Source: Candidatus Latescibacterota bacterium (GTDB lineage: Bacteria; Latescibacterota; UBA2968; UBA8231). Taken from it: a stretch of DNA of 64,000 nucleotides. The notes beneath the pieces were generated by a model, which did no database searches, was not told the DNA's origin, and worked only from the letters and a program-made list of their open reading frames with translations. Below, piece by piece: positions 41,615 to 51,247 of the stretch (its first letter is position 1; each line of letters starts with the position of its first letter). The DNA lies in NCBI GenBank assembly GCA_965206595.1, contig OZ242214.1:6144001-6208000 (forward strand). Reading direction: 5' to 3'. Made by a program: the position numbers and the translations under genes.

Positions 41615-44600
41615 ATGCAAATTGCTGACAACAGAATAAACGACGCGACAACGCTCAGCGTCCGTGGCGGATGCGCCGCCATAGCCACCTTTATCCTTCT
41701 GCTCGGTACGGCCTCCTCCTGGGCGCAGACCGACTCTCGGCCGTCTTTCGGCGACAGGGCCATTTCCGACCAGGTCTGGACAGCAGACTCGGCGATCGAG
41801 CCGCTGCAGCTGCCGGAGGCTTCGGATGGCGACGGCGAGCTTTCCTATGAGCTGACCCCTCAGCCGCCTCCAGGACTGTCGTTCAACACCGCGTCGCGGA
41901 CCCTGTCCGGCACACCGACCGCCGCGGGGCGCACTACATATACCTACACCGCTACCGATGGCGACGGCGAAGAAGATTCCCGCAGTTTCACCATCGTTAT
42001 CGTCGAAGACCTGATGCCGACACTCGAAGAGGTGATGGATCGGACCTGGACCCAGGATTCGGAGATCCTGTTGCCGCTTCCGGTGGCCGAAAGCGGCAAC
42101 GGCGAGGTGACCTATGAGTTGACTCCCGAACCACCACCGGGTATGACCTTCGAATTCCGAATGGTGGAGCCCGATCCTGCCCACCATATCGCCATGGAGA
42201 AGACGTGGGTTCTGATCGGCACGCCGACCGTGCCCATGGAGGGCACCGAATACACTTATTCGGCGACGGATGCCGACGGTGACATGACTCTGATTTCCTT
42301 CGGAATCACGGTGATTGAGGACTTGATGCCGGAATTCGTCGAGGATACCGGCGCCCGGACCTCGGTCGAGGGCTTCCCGGTGGAACTGGAGTTGCCGGGG
42401 GCCATGGGCGGCAACGGCGAACTCACCTATTCGCTGTCTCCGGGGTTGCCCGGAGGGCTGGATTTCGATGCGGCCTCCCGGACGATTTCGGGCACCCCGG
42501 AGGCTCCCCAGGCCCTGGTCGAGTACACATTGACGGCCACCGACGCCGACGCCGACGCGGCGGATCTGGTTTTCTCTCTGATGGTGGAAGAAGACGTAAA
42601 TCCCGAGTTCACCGAAGAGGTGCAGAATCAGACCTGGATCCAGGACTCGGAGATTGCGGTGCTGGATTTGCCGGGTGCGGAAGGGGGTAACGGCCCCTTT
42701 GCCTATTCGATATCTCCTGAGCTTCCGACAGGGCTGACCTTTTGGGCGGGCGACCAGACGATTTTGGGCACGCCCACGGAGGTCCAGGAACGGACCATCT
42801 TTGTGTACCGGGCGGTTGACGCCGACGGCGACGGGGTGGAACTGACTTTCTCACTGGAGGTGGTCGAGGACCTTATGCCCACAATCGCCGAAGGTGTGGG
42901 GGGGCAGACCTGGACCGAAGATTTCACGGTGGAGACGCTGGTTCTACCTGAAGGTTCGGGCGGAAACGGCGAGTTGACCTACGAGCTCTCCCCGGAACTG
43001 GCACAGGGCCTGGTTTTCGATCCGGAGACGCGGACGATTTCGGGAACGCCGGTGGTTCCAAAGGAACGGACCCGCTACGTGTACCGGGCGGTTGACGTCG
43101 ACGGCGACGCCGCGGAGTTGACCTTCTCGGTGATGGTGCTGAAGGATCTGATGCCGAGCTTCCCCGAGGCCGTGCAGAACCAGACCTGGATCCAGGACTC
43201 GGAGATTGCGCCGCTGGATCTGCCGGGTGCAGAAAGTGGCAACGGGGCCATCTCCTATTCGATAATTCCCGATCTTCCCGCGGGGCTGACCTTTCAAGCG
43301 GGCGACCAGACGGTGTTGGGAACGCCGACGGAAGTCCGGGAACGCACCCTTTACGTGTACCGGGCAGTTGACGCCGACGGGGACGCGGTGGAAATGACCT
43401 TCTCGTTGGTGGTGTTGGAAGACTTGATGCCGAGCTTTGCAGAGAGCGTGGAGGCTCAGATCTGGACGGAGGATTCGCTGATCGAGCCGCTGCAGTTGCC
43501 GGCGGCCGGAGGGGGCAACGGCGCCCTGTTCTATTCCCTGTCTCCTGAGCTTCCTGCGGAGATGTCATTCGATGCGAAGACACGGACGATTTCAGGCAGG
43601 CCAACGGATCCCCATGATGAAACCGAGTACACACTGACGGCAACCGACGGCGACGGCGACCCGGTGGGGTTGGCCTTCTCCCTGACGGTGAGAAAGGATC
43701 TGATGCCGAGCTTTTCGGAAACGGTGAGGAATCAGACCTGGACGCAGGATTCGGCGGTTGAGCTGGAGTTGCCGGCGGCCGAGGGTGGCAACATCGAGTT
43801 GACCGGTGAGTTGAGATATACAATAACGCCGGCGTTGCCGGCGGGGGTGACGTTTGACGAGGGGTCGCTGACGATATCGGGCACCCCGGAGAATCCGCAG
43901 GATCTGACGCGCTACGTGTTCCGGGCGATCGACGCGGACGGGGACGTGGTGGGGCTCGCGTTTACCGTGAAGGTGTTGGAGGACCTGATGCCGAGCTTCA
44001 CCGAGAGCGTGGAGGGTCAGGTCTGGACGCAGGATTCGCCGGTTGCGCTGGCGCTTCCGGTGGGGGAGGGTGGCAACGGCGTCGACGGCGTCGAGGGTCT
44101 TCTGAGGTATACGCTGTCACCGGATCTTCCGGACGGTCTGATGTTCGAGGGTTCCCGTCAGCGCATCCGGGGCACGCCGACGGTGCCGATGGGTGAGACG
44201 ACGTTCACCTACACGGCCACGGACAACGACGGCGACGCGGTGGAGCTGACCTTCTCGCTGACGGTGCTGGAAGACCTGACGTCGAGCTTCTCGCAAGAGG
44301 TCAAGAATCAGATCTGGACGCAAGATTCGGAGGTCGAGCCGATTGTGCTGCCGGAGGCAGAGGACGGCAACCGTGAGTTAGCCTCCATGAGGTATACGGT
44401 TATCCCGGCGTTGCCGGCGGGGGTGACGTTTGACGAGGGGTCGCTGACGATATCGGGCACCCCGGAGAATCCGCAGGATCTGACGCGCTACGTGTTCCGG
44501 GCGATCGACGCGGACGGGGACGTGGTGGGGCTCGCGTTTACCGTGAAGGTGTTGGAGGACCTGATGCCGAGCTTCACCGAGAGCGTGGAGGGTCAGGTCT

Positions 44601-47600
44601 GGACGCAGGATTCGCCGGTTGCGCTGGCGCTTCCGGTGGGGGAGGGTGGCAACGGCGTCGACGGCGTCGACGGCGTCGAGGGTCTTCTGAGGTATACGCT
44701 GTCACCGGATCTTCCGGACGGTCTGATGTTCGAGGGTTCCCGTCAGCGCATCCGGGGCACGCCGACGGTGCCGATGGGTGAGACGACGTTCACCTACACG
44801 GCCACGGACAACGACGGCGACGCGGTGGAGCTGACCTTCTCGCTGACGGTGCTGGAAGACCTGACGTCGAGCTTCTCGCAAGAGGTCAAGAATCAGATCT
44901 GGACGCAAGATTCGGAGGTCGAGCCGATTGTGCTGCCGGAGGCAGAGGACGGCAACCGTGAGTTAGCCTCCATGAGGTATACGGTTATCCCGGCGTTGCC
45001 GGCGGGGGTGACGTTTGACGAGGGGTCGCTGACGATATCGGGCACCCCGGAGAATCCGCAGGATCTGACGCGCTACGTGTTCCGGGCGATCGACGCGGAC
45101 GGGGACGTGGTGGGGCTCGCGTTTACCGTGAAGGTGCTGGAGGACCTGATGCCGAGCTTCACCGAGAGCGTGGAGGGTCAGGTCTGGACGCAGGATTCGC
45201 CGGTTGCGCTGGCGCTTCCGGTGGGGGAGGGTGGCAACGGCGTCGACGGCGTCGAGGGTCTTCTGAGGTATACGCTGTCACCGGATCTTCCGGACGGTCT
45301 GATGTTCGAGGGTTCCCGTCAGCGCATCCGGGGCACGCCGACGGTGCCGATGGGTGAGACGACGTTCACCTACACGGCCACGGACAACGACGGCGACGCG
45401 GTGGAGCTGACCTTCTCGCTGACGGTGCTGGAAGACCTGACGTCGAGCTTCTCGCAAGAGGTCAAGAATCAGATCTGGACGCAAGATTCGGAGGTCGAGC
45501 CGATTGTGCTGCCGGAGGCAGAGGACGGCAACCGTGAGTTAGCCTCCATGAGGTATACGGTTATCCCGGCGTTGCCGGCGGGGGTGACGTTTGACGAGGG
45601 GTCGCTGACGATATCGGGCACCCCGGAGAATCCGCAGGATCTGACGCGCTACGTGTTCCGGGCGATCGACGCGGACGGGGACGTGGTGGGGCTCGCGTTT
45701 ACCGTGAAGGTGCTGGAGGACCTGATGCCGAGCTTCACCGAGAGCGTGGAGGGTCAGGTCTGGACGCAGGATTCGCCGGTTGCGCTGGCGCTTCCGGTGG
45801 GGGAGGGTGGCAACGGCGTCGACGGCGTCGAGGGTCTTCTGAGGTATACGCTGTCACCGGATCTTCCGGACGGTCTGATGTTCGAGGGTTCCCGTCAGCG
45901 CATCCGGGGCACGCCGACGGTGCCGATGGGTGAGACGACGTTCACCTACACGGCCACGGACAACGACGGCGACGCGGTGGAGCTGACCTTCTCGCTGACG
46001 GTGCTGGAAGACCTGACGTCGAGCTTCTCGCAAGAGGTCAAGAATCAGATCTGGACGCAAGATTCGGAGGTCGAGCCGATTGTGCTGCCGGAGGCAGAGG
46101 ACGGCAACCGTGAGTTAGCCTCCATGAGGTATACGGTTATCCCGGCGTTGCCGGCGGGGGTGACGTTTGACGAGGGGTCGCTGACGATATCGGGCACCCC
46201 GGAGAATCCGCAGGATCTGACGCGCTACGTGTTCCGGGCGATCGACGCGGACGGGGACGTGGTGGGGCTCGCGTTTACCGTGAAGGTGCTGGAGGACCTG
46301 ATGCCGAGCTTCACCGAGAGCGTGGAGGGTCAGGTCTGGACGCAGGATTCGCCGGTTGCGCTGGCGCTTCCGGTGGGGGAGGGTGGCAACGGCGTCGACG
46401 GCGTCGAGGGTCTTCTGAGGTATACGCTGTCACCGGATCTTCCGGACGGTCTGATGTTCGAGGGTTCCCGTCAGCGCATCCGGGGCACGCCGACGGTGCC
46501 GATGGGTGAGACGACGTTCACCTACACGGCCACGGACAACGACGGCGACGCGGTGGAGCTGACCTTCTCGCTGACGGTGCTGGAAGACCTGACGTCGAGC
46601 TTCTCGCAAGAGGTCAAGAATCAGATCTGGACGCAAGATTCGGAGATCGAGCCGATTGCGTTGCCGCAGGCTTCGGGTGGCAACGTGGAGTTGACCGGTG
46701 AGTTGAGGTATACGCTGACCCCCGAGCTGCCAGCAGGGGTGACGCTGAACGAGGGGACGATATCAGGCACCCCGACGGTGGCTCAGGAGCTGACCCGTTA
46801 TGTGTACCGGGCGATTGACGCGGACGGGGACGTGGCCGGGGTGGCCTTCTGGGTGGTGGTTGCGCAGGATCTGACGCCGGAGTTCACCGAAAGCGTGGAG
46901 GACCGGAACTACATCACCGATGTTGCGATTGCCGCATGGGTGCTGCCGAAAGCCACCAGTGGCAACGGCCTCCTTGTTTACACGCTGACCCCCGATTTAC
47001 CGGAGGGCCTGTCGTTCGACCCGCCGTCGCGAAAGATAACGGGAACCCCGACGGTAGCTCAGGATCGCAAGGAATACACCTATACGGCGACGGATGCCGA
47101 CGGGGACACAGGTTCGTTGACCTTCGGGCTGACCATTACACTGGCGAAGCCCACGGCGTTGAATTTACTGCCTTCTCTAGATTTGCTGGCCGGCGGCAAT
47201 GCGGTCAGTGTCAATGTAGACGGGCTGTTCAGTGGTCAGGAACTGGCCTACCAGTTCGAGTCGAGCGACACCGAGGTCGCCTCGGTGCAGCCCGACGGGG
47301 CTTCTGCCGAGGTGACGCCGAAACGTGAAGGCTCGGCCATGGTGACAGTGACGGCGACCAATTCGAGCGGATCGGCGGACATTCAGTTTTCCGTCACGGT
47401 CAGCACCGCCCCGGAAGAGCGCGCGGTGCTCAATGATGTCCTCGCCGGTCTGGCGCGGGCACGGCTGAGCAGTCTGACCGGGGTGATCGGACGTCGCTTC
47501 GAGGCCGGAGCGGCCTCACCCATGAGCGCTTCCCAGGCCTCTAGGTACGAGGCTCGCCGAGGGGCTCAGTGGTTCGATCTGGACGCGGTCCTGGGTGGCC

Positions 47601-48877
47601 CCGGGGATTCCCATCGGAAGCCGACCTCCATGCTGTGGGGCCGCACCTTTGCGGTTGCCCTCGGCAGCGGAGAGAGTGGGAAGGGCGGAGAGTGGACCGG
47701 GGCCATGAGTGACCAGTCCATGTCCGAGCCGTCATCCAAGATGCGCTGGAGCCTGTGGGGTGCCGGAGATCAGCAGGCTTTCAGTGGCGGTGAGTCCAAC
47801 TCGTACGAGGGCGATCTGCGCTCGGTGTACCTGGGCCTGGACGGCGAATTCGGAAAGAGCTGGCTGGGCGGCAGTCGCTGGCTGACCGGGGTCTCGGTGG
47901 CCAGCAGCAGCGGAGAGGCGGAGTACGATTTCAGCGATTCCGACATGAGTGGCAGCGGTATCTTCAAGACGAGTCTGACGAGCGTCTATCCTTACATGCG
48001 AGGTGCACTGGCTTCGGGTCTGGAGCTGTGGTCCATCGCCGGGGTAGGCTCGGGTGAGGTAACAAACGAACGCGCCCATCTGGGCGGCACGACGGACGAG
48101 GGAGACCTCACCATGGGGCTGTTGATGTTGGGCATGCGCAAACCATTGACTGGCATGGAGACTCGACTGACCCTGTTGGGAGATGCTGCGCAGGAGTGGC
48201 TTTCCGCCAACGGCACCGGTTCCCTGTCCTACAGTCCGGTGTCGTCGGTACAGCGCGCTCGTATGGGTGTGGAGCTGGCGCGCCAAATGGCAAGCGGTCT
48301 GGAACCGTTTGGCGAGTTGAGCGGCCGTTACGACGGCGGTGACGGGGAGGCAGGATCCGGCGTCGAGGTGGCGGCCGGTTCGCGCTACCGCAGCGCCCGC
48401 CTCGACATTGAGGCCCGGGGACGCATGCTGGCCATGCACTCGGCCTCGGGCTATAAGGAAACCGGCTTCGGAGCGCGCATTCGGGTGCGGTCGCACGCGG
48501 ATGGCACGGGGATGTCGATGTCGCTGTCGCCGCGCTGGGGCCGGGCCGAAGGTAGCGGCGCCTTGTGGAGGGATCAGGCACTGCAGCTGAAGAGCGGGGT
48601 GGCTGGCGCTTCCAGACTTCGAGCTCCGACGCTGGGGGGCGGGATCGGTTACGGTCTCGCTGCAGCGCGGGGTGTAGTGACCCCGGTGCTGGAGATGGAC
48701 CGCAACGACTATGGCCGCACGCGGTTGCGGCTGGCGCTGGGTTACACCCCCACGCCGGCATTGATGCGAGCCTTGGACATGCACGGTGCGATGCTGGACC
48801 TCTGCATCAGCCGGGCAGAAGGCCACGGTTCTGACCCGGATCACGAGATCCGTATGAGGGGCCGGCTGCGGTTGTGA
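41615..48877 (+). CDS. Giant Ig-like (He_PIG-type) repeat adhesin with C-terminal autotransporter-like beta domain
   Basis: Signal peptide ...LLLGTASSWA; ~19 repeats of LPxAxGGNGxLxYxLxPxLPxGLxFD...ISGTPT...YTYTATDxDGD; C-terminal barrel strands (WSLWGAGD, YEGDLRSVYLGLD, final RMRGRLRL). ATG 41615 preferred. Confidence 0.85.
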   Translation: MQIADNRINDATTLSVRGGCAAIATFILLLGTASSWAQTDSRPSFGDRAISDQVWTADSAIEPLQLPEASDGDGELSYELTPQPPPGLSFNTASRTLSGTPTAAGRTTYTYTATDGDGEEDSRSFTIVIVEDLMPTLEEVMDRTWTQDSEILLPLPVAESGNGEVTYELTPEPPPGMTFEFRMVEPDPAHHIAMEKTWVLIGTPTVPMEGTEYTYSATDADGDMTLISFGITVIEDLMPEFVEDTGARTSVEGFPVELELPGAMGGNGELTYSLSPGLPGGLDFDAASRTISGTPEAPQALVEYTLTATDADADAADLVFSLMVEEDVNPEFTEEVQNQTWIQDSEIAVLDLPGAEGGNGPFAYSISPELPTGLTFWAGDQTILGTPTEVQERTIFVYRAVDADGDGVELTFSLEVVEDLMPTIAEGVGGQTWTEDFTVETLVLPEGSGGNGELTYELSPELAQGLVFDPETRTISGTPVVPKERTRYVYRAVDVDGDAAELTFSVMVLKDLMPSFPEAVQNQTWIQDSEIAPLDLPGAESGNGAISYSIIPDLPAGLTFQAGDQTVLGTPTEVRERTLYVYRAVDADGDAVEMTFSLVVLEDLMPSFAESVEAQIWTEDSLIEPLQLPAAGGGNGALFYSLSPELPAEMSFDAKTRTISGRPTDPHDETEYTLTATDGDGDPVGLAFSLTVRKDLMPSFSETVRNQTWTQDSAVELELPAAEGGNIELTGELRYTITPALPAGVTFDEGSLTISGTPENPQDLTRYVFRAIDADGDVVGLAFTVKVLEDLMPSFTESVEGQVWTQDSPVALALPVGEGGNGVDGVEGLLRYTLSPDLPDGLMFEGSRQRIRGTPTVPMGETTFTYTATDNDGDAVELTFSLTVLEDLTSSFSQEVKNQIWTQDSEVEPIVLPEAEDGNRELASMRYTVIPALPAGVTFDEGSLTISGTPENPQDLTRYVFRAIDADGDVVGLAFTVKVLEDLMPSFTESVEGQVWTQDSPVALALPVGEGGNGVDGVDGVEGLLRYTLSPDLPDGLMFEGSRQRIRGTPTVPMGETTFTYTATDNDGDAVELTFSLTVLEDLTSSFSQEVKNQIWTQDSEVEPIVLPEAEDGNRELASMRYTVIPALPAGVTFDEGSLTISGTPENPQDLTRYVFRAIDADGDVVGLAFTVKVLEDLMPSFTESVEGQVWTQDSPVALALPVGEGGNGVDGVEGLLRYTLSPDLPDGLMFEGSRQRIRGTPTVPMGETTFTYTATDNDGDAVELTFSLTVLEDLTSSFSQEVKNQIWTQDSEVEPIVLPEAEDGNRELASMRYTVIPALPAGVTFDEGSLTISGTPENPQDLTRYVFRAIDADGDVVGLAFTVKVLEDLMPSFTESVEGQVWTQDSPVALALPVGEGGNGVDGVEGLLRYTLSPDLPDGLMFEGSRQRIRGTPTVPMGETTFTYTATDNDGDAVELTFSLTVLEDLTSSFSQEVKNQIWTQDSEVEPIVLPEAEDGNRELASMRYTVIPALPAGVTFDEGSLTISGTPENPQDLTRYVFRAIDADGDVVGLAFTVKVLEDLMPSFTESVEGQVWTQDSPVALALPVGEGGNGVDGVEGLLRYTLSPDLPDGLMFEGSRQRIRGTPTVPMGETTFTYTATDNDGDAVELTFSLTVLEDLTSSFSQEVKNQIWTQDSEIEPIALPQASGGNVELTGELRYTLTPELPAGVTLNEGTISGTPTVAQELTRYVYRAIDADGDVAGVAFWVVVAQDLTPEFTESVEDRNYITDVAIAAWVLPKATSGNGLLVYTLTPDLPEGLSFDPPSRKITGTPTVAQDRKEYTYTATDADGDTGSLTFGLTITLAKPTALNLLPSLDLLAGGNAVSVNVDGLFSGQELAYQFESSDTEVASVQPDGASAEVTPKREGSAMVTVTATNSSGSADIQFSVTVSTAPEERAVLNDVLAGLARARLSSLTGVIGRRFEAGAASPMSASQASRYEARRGAQWFDLDAVLGGPGDSHRKPTSMLWGRTFAVALGSGESGKGGEWTGAMSDQSMSEPSSKMRWSLWGAGDQQAFSGGESNSYEGDLRSVYLGLDGEFGKSWLGGSRWLTGVSVASSSGEAEYDFSDSDMSGSGIFKTSLTSVYPYMRGALASGLELWSIAGVGSGEVTNERAHLGGTTDEGDLTMGLLMLGMRKPLTGMETRLTLLGDAAQEWLSANGTGSLSYSPVSSVQRARMGVELARQMASGLEPFGELSGRYDGGDGEAGSGVEVAAGSRYRSARLDIEARGRMLAMHSASGYKETGFGARIRVRSHADGTGMSMSLSPRWGRAEGSGALWRDQALQLKSGVAGASRLRAPTLGGGIGYGLAAARGVVTPVLEMDRNDYGRTRLRLALGYTPTPALMRALDMHGAMLDLCISRAEGHGSDPDHEIRMRGRLRL
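43829..46658 (+). repeat. Five near-identical 576-bp tandem repeats (192 aa, two Ig-like domains each)
   Basis: Units start at 43829, 44405, 44990, 45566 and 46142. Unit 2 is 585 bp (extra GGCGTCGAC); unit 5 is slightly shorter. Confidence 0.97.
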
Positions 48878-48903
48878 GCTGACCGGGCCTTTCAGTCGAA
48901 TCG

Positions 48904-48937
48904 AAACCCGCGCGGAAGTGATTCCGCGCGGGTTTTT
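48904..48937 (+). terminator. Rho-independent terminator after the adhesin
   Basis: AAACCCGCGCGGAA-GTGA-TTCCGCGCGGGTTT perfect stem followed by a T-run. Confidence 0.9.
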
Positions 48938-49083
48938 CAGTATGGTTCCCGATCCTCGGTGAACGCCTTCACATGGCTCCAACTTTCCAGGAATGGACCC
49001 ATGCCTAGGTGGCATAACCTGCGGGCCAGGCAACAGGGGCCACCATCGGTTGCCAATCACGCGACCCAGCAAAGGAAGTTCCA

Positions 49084-49554
49084 TTGATCGACCGAGAGCA
49101 CACCCTGTCCCGGCCGCGGGCAACCGAAATTCTCGCCTGCTGCCTGATTTCCCTCGCAGTCGGCGCCGATGCCCGCAGCAGTCGGGTTGCCCAGATTCCC
49201 AACGGAGGGGAAAACGGCTGCGCCAACTGCCACGTTAACTCGTCCGGCGGGGGCGCCCGCAATTCTTTCGGGGAGATGATCGATAATGGCTTCCTTTCCG
49301 AGGCTGGTCTTTCCGGTTCGGTCGTCTGGGGTCCCGAGCTCGCCGGGCTCGACGCCGACAAAGACGGCTTCACCAACGGCGAAGAGCTCGGAGACCCGGA
49401 GGGAACCTGGACCTCCGGCAACGATCCCCCGGGAGACCCGGAAGCGGCAACCAATCCCGCGGATCCGGACAGCCACCCACCGGAACCGGAAACGACTGCA
49501 GTCGCGATGTCGACGTGGGGCCGGATCAAGGGCATCCTGCCGCTTCTTCGTTAG
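49084..49554 (+). CDS. Secreted temptin-like protein with a CxxCH heme motif and C-terminal TWGRIK motif
   Basis: Signal peptide ending ADA; QIPNG..CANCH..GGGARNSFG..W..LAGLDADKDGFTNGEELGDP..W; Pro/Asp-rich linker; TAVAMSTWGRIK. Confidence 0.7.
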   Translation: MIDREHTLSRPRATEILACCLISLAVGADARSSRVAQIPNGGENGCANCHVNSSGGGARNSFGEMIDNGFLSEAGLSGSVVWGPELAGLDADKDGFTNGEELGDPEGTWTSGNDPPGDPEAATNPADPDSHPPEPETTAVAMSTWGRIKGILPLLR

Positions 49555-49775
49555 AAGGGCCCCCGGCCTTGCACGCAGGTAAAACGCTCCCCGTTACAGG
49601 GGACGCCTCGGACAGTCACCGGCCCGAAACGCCTTGACAGCCGAGATGCAGGCGGCGATCCTCCTGCCTTCTGCCAAGGCGGGAACAGCGCCGGTTCAAA
49701 CTCCTTCATCCGGTCCGTGGACGGCATTCGCTCAAGGGCGAATTCCTTCTGCCTGCCGGTAATGGAGAAACGCGG

Positions 49776-51008
49776 ATGAGCAAGACAATCCTGCTGATCG
49801 GAGCATTCGATACCAAGGGAACGGACTACGATTTCGTCCGCTCCGAGATCACAGGACGGGGGCACTCCGTACTGACGGTGAACTGCGGCGTGCTCGGGAT
49901 CACCGATCTGTTCCCCGTTGATGTCGAGGCCTCCGAGGTCGCCAGCGCCGGGGGTGGCAGCCTCGGGGAGCTGCGGGCAAGCCGGGACCGCGGCGCGGCG
50001 ATGAAGGTCATGACCGCCGGGGCCGGAGTCATCGCCGCCAGACTGCATGCGGAGGGCCGATTCGACGGCGTAATCGGATTGGGAGGGAGCGGCGGAAGCA
50101 CGGTAGTCACCTCGGCAATGCGTGCCCTTCCGCTCGGTGTCCCCAAGCTCTGCGTCTCGACAGTGGCTTCGGGCGACACGTCGGCGTACGTCGGGCTCAA
50201 GGACGTCACCCTGATGCCGTCGGTCGTAGACGTCGCCGGGCTCAACCGCGTCTCGCGGATCATTTACACGCGCGCCGCGGGAGCGATCTGCGGTATGGTC
50301 GAGGCGGAGCCGGAAACAGGAGGAGGCCGCGACAGGCCGGTGGTCGCCGCGTCGATGTTCGGCAACACCACCGAATGCGTCGAAGCGTGCGTCGAGGCGC
50401 TTTCCGACCACGGCTATGAGGTTCTGGTTTTCCACGCCACGGGAACCGGCGGGAAAACGATGGAGGCTCTCGTCGACGAGGAACTGGTCGACGCCGTTCT
50501 CGACATCACGACAACCGAATGGGCTGATACAGTATGCGGCGGGTTTTTCGACGCCGGTGAGGGTCGCCTGTCGGCCCCGGGCCGCCGCGGCATACCGCAC
50601 CTGATCGTGCCCGGATGTGTCGACATGGCCAATTTCCACGGCATCGGGACGGTGCCCCGGCACTACCGGGATGCCGGCCGGACACTGTACGAGTGGAACC
50701 CATCGGTGACCTTGCTGCGCACGAATGTCGAGGAAAACCGGCGCATGGGGGCCGCCTTTGCAGAGAAGGCGAACCAGGCGCAGGGCCCGGTTGCCTTCCT
50801 GCTGCCATTGAAGGGAGTGTCGATCCTGGACGGAGAAGGGCAGCCGTTCTGCGATCGCGAGGCGGATTTCGCCATGTTCGAGGCGATCAGGTCCGGGCTC
50901 AGGGAGGACATCCCCGTTCACGAGATCGATGCAAACATCAACGATCCCGAGTTCTCCGCTCGGGCCGTCGAGCTGATGCTGGAGCTGATAGCGCGGACCC
51001 GGGATTGA
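49776..51008 (+). CDS. Tm-1-like ATP-binding domain protein (UPF0261)
   Basis: IGAFDTKG, GLGGSGGS, LPLGVPK, SVVDVAGLN, SMFGNTT, FHATGTGG, LDITTTEWAD, PGCVDM.NF, NINDPEF. Confidence 0.9.
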   Translation: MSKTILLIGAFDTKGTDYDFVRSEITGRGHSVLTVNCGVLGITDLFPVDVEASEVASAGGGSLGELRASRDRGAAMKVMTAGAGVIAARLHAEGRFDGVIGLGGSGGSTVVTSAMRALPLGVPKLCVSTVASGDTSAYVGLKDVTLMPSVVDVAGLNRVSRIIYTRAAGAICGMVEAEPETGGGRDRPVVAASMFGNTTECVEACVEALSDHGYEVLVFHATGTGGKTMEALVDEELVDAVLDITTTEWADTVCGGFFDAGEGRLSAPGRRGIPHLIVPGCVDMANFHGIGTVPRHYRDAGRTLYEWNPSVTLLRTNVEENRRMGAAFAEKANQAQGPVAFLLPLKGVSILDGEGQPFCDREADFAMFEAIRSGLREDIPVHEIDANINDPEFSARAVELMLELIARTRD

Positions 51009-51247
51009 CTGCAGGGTATAGCAGCCGAAACGACAGAAAGGGGCTCGTGCATCCTACACCCTTTCCGGATGCGTTGGATGCCCCAACCCGAGCTGTCGGA
51101 AGCGGCCGGCCGAATCCGGCAGAAATGGTTCCGGACAAGGGGGAATCACACCCCGCCATTTGTCAGCATCTGTATGAAGCGGTGGATTTTCAGGGGGTCG
51201 TCGAATCGGCAACCCGCCTTGAGGATAAGGAGATCGGGAGAGAATCC

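Noticed and set aside
44117-46636. Five identical 68-aa minus-strand ORFs
   Set aside because: Antisense shadows of the adhesin repeat; no RBS or independent evidence.
43829-46658. Repeat array as a CRISPR array or mobile element
   Set aside because: Units are 576 bp, in-frame coding repeats without unique spacers; no cas or transposase genes.
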